64,000 nucleotides of DNA from Owenia fusiformis (lineage: Eukaryota). The stretch is taken from positions 6,572,001-6,636,000 of the forward strand of contig CAIIXF020000001.1 in assembly GCA_903813345.2 (NCBI GenBank), in the 5' to 3' direction. Under the pieces are notes generated by a model. That model saw nothing but the letters and a program-made list of their open reading frames with translations. It made no database searches and had not been told where the DNA came from. The translations under genes were made by a program, and so were the position numbers. Below, in pieces: positions 55,110-64,000 of the stretch (within the stretch, counting starts at the first letter, position 1; each line of letters opens with the position of its first letter).

Positions 55110-55295
55110 CTGCAATAATGATGTTTGAATCAACTACAAGCCAGATTTTCGAAGCCGGATGTGCTTTAGATTCACAAAAGCTGATACTCGATAGAAATTT
55201 AATTGCACTTCCTGCTCACATTTCTGATGAAATTTTTATCACATTTTATTTGATTGTAGAGTATATTCTGTATTGTTTTATAAATAAAAGACATC
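55110..55295. promoter_or_regulatory. Bidirectional promoter between EIF2B3 and MARS1
   Basis: Minus-strand 5'UTR donor at 55109/55110 and plus-strand ATG at 55296. ETS motifs GCCGGATGTG (55154) and CACTTCCTG (55206). Confidence 0.7.
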
Positions 55296-58200
55296 ATGAA
55301 GTTGTATACAAACAGTGGAAACTATGAGACTATAAAGATTTTAATTTCAGGCAACATATCTGGACAGAGACTTGAACATGTTGAAGTTCAAAATTCAGGT
55401 GAGAGTTTCAGTACTTTATTTGGCTGTGTTTTGTTTTGATCCGATATTCGTTGTAAATAAGCGGCTTAATAAACTAGAAATGTTATAACTAGGCCTTGGA
55501 ACCGTCTTTCTACTTGGTAAAAAGTCATATCAAGTCCAGAATCCGTACCTCCTTCTTCCCCCTGCTATTACCAATTTGGAAGCGCCCGATTTAACTGAAT
55601 CACATGATCTAATTATGCGCAATGACTTATACATGATTTCTGTCGCAGTGTTGCGACAGCCGATCAGATTGTGAGTTCTTAATCGGGGGAAATATATATT
55701 CTAGATTTTGAAGCCCTGTGATCGGAGGATGGGATGCACTCATCTTGATTCACAAGGTTTCATTTGCTCCAACTTCAGATGAGTTCGCCTGGATATTTAG
55801 TATCTGGCAGCATATCATTAGAACTACGTTATTGTCTATACTGTCTATCCCGCGTGCATATCCTGTATCCGCTACCTACCACTAACTTACAGTTGTCATC
55901 ATCATCATCTTTCTAATATAATTGCTCTATTACAATTGATAAGTATGCTTCGGATAAGTCGGAGGCAGTGAATATGTTAGTCTGTCAAATACATTCATAT
56001 TCAATCAAAGATAAAAATGTTTGTATGTCTTCAATTGTAATGCTTTCCAGGAATAAATTGTTTAACAGCTTTCAATACATGTATCAGTTCATACTACAAA
56101 TATATAGCACTCATTGTCATTATCCCAATGAACAAAGTTCAGAAGAGATATAGTGAAGCCGTCAGTCTGTCTGTCAGTCTGTCCATCCAGAAGATAACTA
56201 TCTATATAGTAGATGGATATTTCCTGAAAAAGTGGGGTGAATAGTTAAACGCAAAAAAATTCAAGAAGGCCACCATTTTAAAAATAATGGGTATTTTTGA
56301 AAATCTTCATTTTTTGAAAGGCAATTGAGAGTAGATTGCAAATATTGTATCCTTTTCTGATGCGGGACACTTTAAATTCAAAATGGCTGCCTAATGTGGG
56401 ATTTTACAATAATTTTCAAATCTTTTCAAAGCATGGCTATAATATACTCAAATTGAAGGGATTTTAGAGAAGAACACAATCATGGTATTCTTTTTCTGAT
56501 TCATGGCTCAGAAAATTCAAAATGTCTACCAAGAGCAGGAATTTGAGATTTTGAAACTCCTATACTCCTACATTTATCTGATACATCTCTAATGTTTGTC
56601 TTTTGATATCTCTGCCAGCCAAATGATTTAAACAAGGATAGAGTAGATGGTAAATGTAACATTGTGACAAATGCAAATTCTTGAATACAGTGTTCATTGG
56701 GATTAAATACTCAGTAGAGTTGCTGATTTCTAAGTAGTTAACTTTTGTGTATTTGTTGGTCATTCAACATAGAGTTTCTACTATGAGATATGCTTTCCAG
56801 GTGAAGTCAAGTGTCAATTGTTCTCTGATAGATTCCCAGTCCTGGAAGTATCCACAAGCCTTGTTTTGCAGTCACCCAATGCAGCATGCAGGTAGAATTT
56901 ATGTATAGATTTATAGTGATGTGTATAGATTTATAGTGTCAGTTATGTTGATGAATGATGATCTATAGATTTGGGCACTAGAAATGGTCATATTAACATA
57001 TTTGCCAATCCATTTTTAATAAATAATGAATCAAAACATCAACAACATGAATAATGTTGCGCTTTGTGTTTTTTGGCTCAGACATTTATTAAGTCCATGG
57101 AATTGAGTAATATGATTTCAATAAAATATCAAGGAAATAAATGGTCTTAATTTATTTTAATTCAATTAGATATGTACTGGCTAAAGGAGGTAAAGATATT
57201 GATGATATCCATATTGATGAGTGGCTGGAGTGGGAGAGCTCTGTTCTCAAGGTAAGGGTTTTATAACTTTAAATATTGACTGATTATTAAAACTAGATGC
57301 TCTTTTTTAATTGTAAAATAATACAAAAATGGTAAAATTCCTTATAATTCAGGATTTTCTTATGAACTCATTTTTTATTAAAATTTGATTTCATGATGAA
57401 TTTCATTATTTTGTTTTTTTAGACGTGTGATTTCAATAAATCCATATTAAAGATTCTATTTATTTCAGCCTTCATTGCTGCCATATTTAGTGAGTTTACT
57501 GAATAAAAGCCAGGTGGATAATAAACTTGCTGCAAATTTGCAACCATGTCTTCAACACATAGAAATGGCACTGAAGAGAACTGGGTACATTTATGGGGTA
57601 AGTGATGCATGAATGATGGTCTTTTAGAGTCACATTTGTAGATCACCTTACCTGAATGAAAGGGAAGGGTGACTAAAAACTTTAAAGAAACCCAACAAGA
57701 ACAACAAACAAACCCAACAATAGGTTTAAGACAAGGAGGATTGATCCCAGCATTCCTTGCTGATTGTCTGATGTCATTGGGGTCGTGACCTTTTGGTCAT
57801 GTAGTTCACTGGAATTTGTTGAAATTTTATATGTGCCTACTTAGAAGCATATTACACTTTCTTATGACAATATGGCTAGTGTACAACCATTTCGAAAATG
57901 GTAGCCATTTTTTTGTTTGTTATTTTACGATTTTTGCTATAACTGTAAAAGTCGTAGAAGGATTTTGTAAAAATGGCAGCCATGGCTGTTTGATTGGATT
58001 TGCTATGCTCTGGTATTGCTGTTATCTAGTTCATCTCATATGTTTATTTCAGGCCTCAGTAACAGCAGCTGATATTGTAATGTGGAGCACATTGAGCCCA
58101 CTTCTATCAGGGAAGGACACTGCAGGTAATAAAAAACATGTACATACACTGTATGTACTGAAGGATTGCAAGGAGATATTTTTGGATTCAATATAATATT

Positions 58201-58726
58201 GTCAGGCCTATAGCCACCTTTTGCCAAGGGGGTTCACTTTTCAAAAAATTCTATTGGCGGTTCATATTTGACAACTTTGGCCCAAGATCACCTGAAAACT
58301 GACAAGAATGGGGAAAAACTGCATGCTTTTGAAAGAATTTTTGGCCAGGGGGGGGGTCATTAACCCTTTTGGCAATGGGCCATAGTGTAACTAAAAGTCA
58401 CTGGTCCAATGCCTTTTGCAAGCTTGATAGAAATATTTTGAAGCTAGATTAGTGAAAAGTCTGACAGATCAATTGTTCACAGCTTAATATAAGAATATAT
58501 ATATACAAATATGATAGGTTTTATTTAATAGATGTATTACTTCATCAAAATCAGACTTTGGTTTTATAATTGATATGTTAACACATACCTTGTTTCTTCA
58601 GCCATAAGTCCCACTGTTCTACCTGCAACCTATGGATGGTTTAAAAAGATGGTGGATGATGCAAGTTTCAAATCAGCAGCTCAAGTTGTAGCTCAAAACA
58701 AACCCCTGTCTCTAGAAGTCTTCAAG
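55296..58726 (+). CDS. MARS1: Cytoplasmic methionyl-tRNA synthetase, N-terminal GST-like domain exons 1-6 (continues beyond window)
   Basis: Exons 55296-55398, 56801-56891, 57170-57251, 57469-57597, 58053-58125 and 58602-58726 splice in frame: MKLYTNSGN...FPVLEV...SPNAACRY...IDEWLEWESSVLKP...TAADIVMWSTL.PLL...WF. This matches the metazoan MetRS GST-like domain; the catalytic domain is not seen in the window. Confidence 0.82.
56118..56540 (+). mobile_element. Degenerate copy of the 22040 HINE family
   Basis: Head TTATCCCAATGAACAAAGTTC...GATATAG, a (GTCW)n tract and AAAATGGC motifs. Confidence 0.5.
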
Positions 58727-58900
58727 GTAATACCTTTTGGTTGACTTCATGTTAAATATGTAAAGAAATATAATTTTTGTTGACTCAAATACCGGATATT
58801 GATTTTGGTCTGAATTTAATAAGCTAATGCCTTATGGGCATATAATCTCAAGTTGGGTTAGGTATTTCTAATGTGCTGTCATGTCATGTCATTGGTGTAG

Positions 58901-59862
58901 TTGGCTCACACAGTGAGCCTATGGGATCGACCAGGCGTCCGTCCGTCCGTCAACATTGGCCACACAAATTAAAACTGCTATTCGGATTGAGTCATATCCA
59001 CATTCATTTTATGCATATCCATAATGCTTATTTGACCTATCATCGCCATTTCCCAAGTTCGCCCAGTTTCCGAGAAATTACGGATTTTGACGTCAAAAAG
59101 TCAAATTTTCTGTAAATACTAGACACTTTGTTGAAGTAGAACTTTCAAATAACTTTTAGTAGTTCCTGTATATGCAACGTATGTCCTCTGAAGATTTCAA
59201 AGCTCTTGGAATTACAGTTTTTGGTTTTTACTCTATAAAATTTGACAAAAAGTAGGACTAAGTCATTTTCAAGAAACTTTCTCATGTATAAAGTCAATGG
59301 CAGGTTTTGTGATTGACAAGTTTCTCAAAGTTTGCCTTATACTTGATCATTTCTTGCAATGAATTACATCATTACTAGATTTAAGCATTCCCTACATATT
59401 GCTCAATATATGTCAGTATCAAATTTTTACCGTTTTTGTGATATTTCACGTCAAAAAACAGTAAAAATAAGTTATTTTTCAACTTGCTTCAATTTGACCA
59501 AATATTTTTTTGAAAATCATCTACAAGTTGCCAGGAGTTCAAATCTGACATTAGTTTTAGGATTTGATCTTTACTTGACCTTCAGTGACCTTCGAAAGGT
59601 CAAAAAAGTTGATTTTTCAAATTGATTTTTGGATGTAAATTTTGGTCAGCTTAATCACAAAAGACCTTACTGAGCTCTGAATTAGTAAAATTTTCAAGGT
59701 CAAAGGTCATCAAACTAGGTCACACAACTGTGCTATCTACAATCTAAGTTTCTCAAAGTTCGAGACTACAAATCTAAATCAATATTTTTGTTTGAAAGTC
59801 AGTATATACATTCCTCTGAAGGTTCAAACTGTGTGAGCACAGGAACGTGGGTCCTTCATTTT
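58901..59862 (+). mobile_element. HINE-like element (third family)
   Basis: 5' GGCTCACACAGTGAGCC hairpin, (GTCC)n, and 3' subTIR CTGTGTGAGC followed by an AGGA...TCCT hairpin. Confidence 0.75.
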
Positions 59863-60369
59863 TGCCATAAGAATACATTTCTACTGATTGGTTATTTCTT
59901 TCATGAAATTTTGGGCATCAGTTACAATAGAATAAAGGATGATGGCAACTTTGATGAATTTGTTGAAATGACCAAGTATGCATGGAAACAGGCTTTATCA
60001 TGTGAATCAAAGGGGTTCCATTTACCAAACTTTTGGAGGGGAGTGTATGTCATCCATGTTTCATTGAAATATATCAGTAATATACATGTATATGATTTGC
60101 ATATACTATACATGTACGTGCACAGCAGTGTTGTAAAGTTACCTTTTGATACATTCTACAAATAAAGGATTGTTTGTTACAGCATAGGGATTAGTCATAT
60201 TTGTTAACTTATTGTCCCAACCTATAAGTGTGATCTAAAATACTAACAAATAATAGAATGAAAATGTTCTCATTTCTACCTGTACTTGTAGGTTGGCATT
60301 TTATGTCATGGCAATATACAATAAACATGATATAATTTGATGGTTAGAAAAAATATGAGTATATTTAAA

Positions 60370-61280
60370 ATATATTTGTTATACACTGTGAAACTACAAG
60401 GCATATGCTTGATAGAAATACATAATTAGTCATACTTCTAAAGGTCTAAAATTATTAAAGACTATAACCTAACACTTTTGTATTTAATATATATTTGTTA
60501 TACAGAATGAAACCAGAAGGCATATATCACCATAATACATTGATTAGTACAAGATAGAAATTATCTAATCGTAGTTCTAATACTACCAAACATTATTAAA
60601 GACTATAACCTAGCACCTTTGTATTTAATATATATTTGTTAAACAGAATGAAACCAGAAGGCATATATCAGCATAATACTTTGATTAGTACAAAATAGAA
60701 ATAATCTAATCATACTTCTAATACTACCAAACATTATTTAGAGGTTATGTCACTATCGTGGCATATATGCCCGAGGTCTCAGTGATATATGGCCCGACCT
60801 TGGGAGGGACATTGATCTCTGAGAACCGAGGGCATATGTGCCACGATAGTGACATAAACGATTTATAACATACCTATGATGATGTAGACTGGTCAGAGAG
60901 TACCGTTTTCTTATAGAATTGACAAACAAATGGTTTGAAAATGATTGAAATGAGAGAAAAATTGCTTGCGCAGTTTTATCTTCGATTGATTGGTTATGAC
61001 GTCAGCGCCTTGACCAATCAGAAAGTTAGCGGGCGCGGGCTTTTCAAAACTTATATTGGCACGCTGTCTTGTGTACACTTTGCACTATACATCATCATAG
61101 GTATGTTATAATAAAGACTATAACCTAGCACTTTTGTATTTAATATATATTTGGTGTACAGAATGAAACAAGAAGGCATATATCAGCATAATACATTGAT
61201 TAGTACAAGATAGAAATAATCTAATCATACTTCTAATACTAAGTACAAGATAGAAATAATCTAATCATAGTTCTAATACT
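60370..61280 (+). repeat. ~141-bp tandem repeat interrupted by an insertion
   Basis: GAATGAAAC.AGAAGGCATATATC at 60505, 60646 and 61161; a more diverged unit lies upstream. Confidence 0.85.
60739..61112. mobile_element. 374-bp double-hairpin insertion without TSD (Crypton-like non-autonomous element, inferred)
   Basis: Palindrome 60745-60857 plus a perfect 24-bp IR 60863-60886 / 61088-61111. Flanking repeat units define the empty site. Confidence 0.75.
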
Positions 61281-61494
61281 ACCTCCGGGGGAGGGGGGGG
61301 GGTTCGCCCAAACCCTGCGAATCCCACCTACGGGCCTGCATTGTAAAAGATTTTAATATTGAAAAAGAAAGAGATACCGGATACATACATACATCACAAA
61401 AAATGACATAATTTTGACAAGTTGTTCTCCAGTTCTCCTATTCTATATAAATTTAAAGCTGAATTTCTGAATCTGTGGAATATACTGGTACACC

Positions 61495-62292
61495 TTAATA
61501 AACATAGTCTTTCTTGTATATTTTGAAATATATCCACCTCTTCAGTCTGAAAAGTCCATAAAAGATGATTGTCAAGAGAGGTATACCAACTATTAACAAC
61601 CCAAGTATAACACCCACGGCCACTGGCAGGGTTTTAGGGTTGTAATTTAATATGGAGTAGACAATGTTATTTTTCTTGTCAAATGACCAGTAGATGACAT
61701 TAAAAATAATGTAGATAAATCCATATATCATTGGATATATCATGTGTAAGATTCGTATTGGTGTGCCACTTATGACAAAATCAATCACCATGAGGACTGT
61801 ATTAAGGCCATGTCTGTTGAAGTTATAATGGTCGAGGCCATCTTTGGGATCATGTACTGCTCCAAAGTAGATGCCAGTTACTATAATTGAAAAAACTAGT
61901 ATGACATCATAGAGAATCCACGATATGATCATATACCATGGTACCAATGTGCACTTTCCACTATGCTCAGCTTTTTCTGGATCCTGTTCAGTTGTGTTTT
62001 GCTTAGGGGCTTTAGTTTCTCCAGTCTCTAATTCAATTGTGTCAAATCCCAAGTTCTCTTTGGGTTGTTTTTCTGATTCTGCACTGGCTTCTGGTTTTCG
62101 TACGTATGTGATAACAGCTACTATAAATGCTACTAGGAAATGCAATGTCAGCATTGTGTACGACCAGTGTGTCAAATAGATTCCCATTTTTGCTTTGTTT
62201 TTTGCCTCCGCAACAGCTGCTATCCAATATCCGAGAGTGTATCCGCACAAAATGAATCTGTACACCAGAAATATCAAAGGATGCCATTTCCA
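61495..62292 (-). CDS. Rolling stone-like multi-pass membrane protein, large terminal exon (first exon not identified)
   Basis: Acceptor TTTTCTTCAG|TGG at 62293/62292. Motifs YLTHWSY, W.LY, HGLNTVLM.ID...P.R.LH..YP..YG..Y..F and VYSILN, with several hydrophobic helices. The ORF-track N-terminus up to FFFSFLQ is intron. Confidence 0.85.
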   Translation of the reverse strand, partial: WKWHPLIFLVYRFILCGYTLGYWIAAVAEAKNKAKMGIYLTHWSYTMLTLHFLVAFIVAVITYVRKPEASAESEKQPKENLGFDTIELETGETKAPKQNTTEQDPEKAEHSGKCTLVPWYMIISWILYDVILVFSIIVTGIYFGAVHDPKDGLDHYNFNRHGLNTVLMVIDFVISGTPIRILHMIYPMIYGFIYIIFNVIYWSFDKKNNIVYSILNYNPKTLPVAVGVILGLLIVGIPLLTIIFYGLFRLKRWIYFKIYKKDYVY

Positions 62293-63940
62293 CTGAAGAA
62301 AAGAAAAGAAGAATATTAGTACAAGAGCCAAAACTAAAAGTTTTAAAACATCATATTGTCCTTCAGATTTGTGCACCAGAAAATCTTGAAAAAATGAAAA
62401 AACTGAATTGAAAAGCGGTCTATTTTCCTTTTCATGACCGCCATTTTTGTTTCAATTTTACAATTGACTCTTATGAAAGGTAAGTGGGTGTAATTAGTTC
62501 AGCTTTATGGTACACACTGAACGGTTCAGTTGTCAAAGATTGAAAGGGGGAATATAATATCTATTTTTGCATTTGCCAAAAATTCGAATGGAGGCCTGAT
62601 TCTCTCAGCTTTCCAATTGTGTATTGAAACCTCAGTGCAGATGAGGCCATTTATTTGACCCCAGTTTCTGCTACTATGCTTTTTATTGGATAAAGAAAAG
62701 GAGAACACCCAAAATCTACCCTTTGCATTCGTTTGACTTCACTTCTTAAAAGAGAGCTTCGTCTTCACTCTTTCAAACTAAAATAAACCTGTGAACTCAC
62801 CGCGCCAATCAATGTTCGTCGGCCAAATTTGACCGACGTTCTATATATGGTCATTCCTTCTGACGTCATCGTTTAGCCCGGAATTGACCAATGACATGCG
62901 CATATTTAATTAGAACGCATTTGGCGTATGTTTCTTCAAGCTCGCTGATTGGTGGAAGAAAGGTCAGCGCGTAGGTCAGAAGTAATTTATTTCCCAAACT
63001 GTCACCGGTACCCGTCGTGGGGGTGGGGCTACTAAACTGCAATATGGTCTCTACTAGGCAGAGTGTAGTTTAACTAGACTCTGCACGCAGGGTACCCAAA
63101 ATCCGAAATTATGTCATTAGTCCACAATTCAGTTTCAGCTCCCTGCATGCAGACTATATGTCTTTATGGCAGCTGTAAGGTTCAGTGAGTTCATTGAGGA
63201 AAGTATATGCATTATGCAACATGTCAACATAACCAGCTTAAGGTATGATTATTCAGAATAAAGGGCTACCAAATTCAAATTTTAGGTGAACAACCTTAAA
63301 GGAATGTTTTGTTCATTCATGCAATGTTATCGCATTGACTTTGTGTAAGTTATGTAATCAGTATGATTACAAGCTGGTATAAATGGTTCACATATTTCAC
63401 TGGCATGTAGCGGCCCTGATATCGATAAATTCTACACGCAATATAACCCGATTTTAGATGCTTGGTTAAAACTTTACACGAAAAAGCCTCGATATCCGGG
63501 CATTTACTCTTACACTGAACTGAAAATAGCATCGTCTAAACGTGTATGTCTTGGCTTCCGGGTAAGTTTATCAACATTTATACTCAATTGAAAGAGCAGT
63601 CGTGCTTATATCGTGTACCAGTTTGATTGTTTTATATGTGTGTGTATTTATAATATGATAGTCTAGTAATACCGTGTCGTTAGAACAAGTGCTAGATATC
63701 GAACTGATGACCTGAAATTAGATTATTGGACTGATCGCGCATCTAATATTAGATGATTAATTTGCATTGAATCTGATATTAACTTGCAACCCAATACTAC
63801 AGTAAATACCATGACTTTACATTAGAATGATAACACGGCCTCATATTCTAATTCATTATACGTCCATTGCAGGCCAAAAATGTTTCAATGGGGATATTGT
63901 AATGCACACGAGAATACATTCGATTCGTATATATTGACAC

Positions 63941-64000
63941 CCCAGTTGTCCGAAACCCAGTTGTCCGAAACCCAGTTGTCCGAAACCCAATTCCCCGAAA
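63941..64000 (+). repeat. 15-bp tandem repeat CCCAGTTGTCCGAAA running off the window edge
   Basis: Three to four consecutive units; resembles the 15-mer arrays at 6110-6290, 7500-7650 and 54785-54850. Confidence 0.75.

Noticed and set aside
57715-57812. tRNA gene on minus strand
   Set aside because: Only a degenerate B-box-like GGGATCAATCC and no cloverleaf; at most a decayed tRNA-derived SINE head.
59788-60165. 125-aa ORF as next MARS1 exon
   Set aside because: It begins inside a HINE, has no MetRS-like motif, and the nearest acceptor is out of phase with exon 6.
62789-62869. Possible first coding exon of the rolling-stone-like gene (MTSEGMTIY...AVSSQ)
   Set aside because: It is in frame and ends in SQ, but the donor (GTTTAT) is weak and the peptide resembles the family poorly, so it is not supportable.

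Overview
AT-rich, intron-rich animal genomic DNA; the repeat content suggests a marine invertebrate (inference). Host genes alternate strictly in orientation and form three head-to-head pairs: ATIC(-)/USP14(+), an intronless ankyrin-SOCS-box gene(-)/XYLB(+), and EIF2B3(-)/MARS1(+). A rolling-stone-like membrane protein gene lies antisense, apparently inside a MARS1 intron. The first 4.5 kb is a nearly intact DIRS1-type tyrosine-recombinase retrotransposon (gag, RT-RNaseH-methyltransferase, YR, ICR and right terminal repeat) in ATIC intron 3. The best novelty candidate is its apparent expression logic. An HIV-type T_TTT_TTA -1 frameshift heptamer leads from gag into the pol frame, and a phase-matched splice donor (987/988) and acceptor (2675/2676) would swap pol for the recombinase. 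One element could thus make Gag, Gag-Pol and Gag-YR. Introns are packed with non-autonomous DNA elements: Tc1/mariner-, hAT-, piggyBac- and Transib-like elements, HINE/Helentron-type elements seeding satellites, and a TSD-less Crypton-like insertion. Exon coordinates were read by hand, and gene names come from recognising motifs rather than from database searches.
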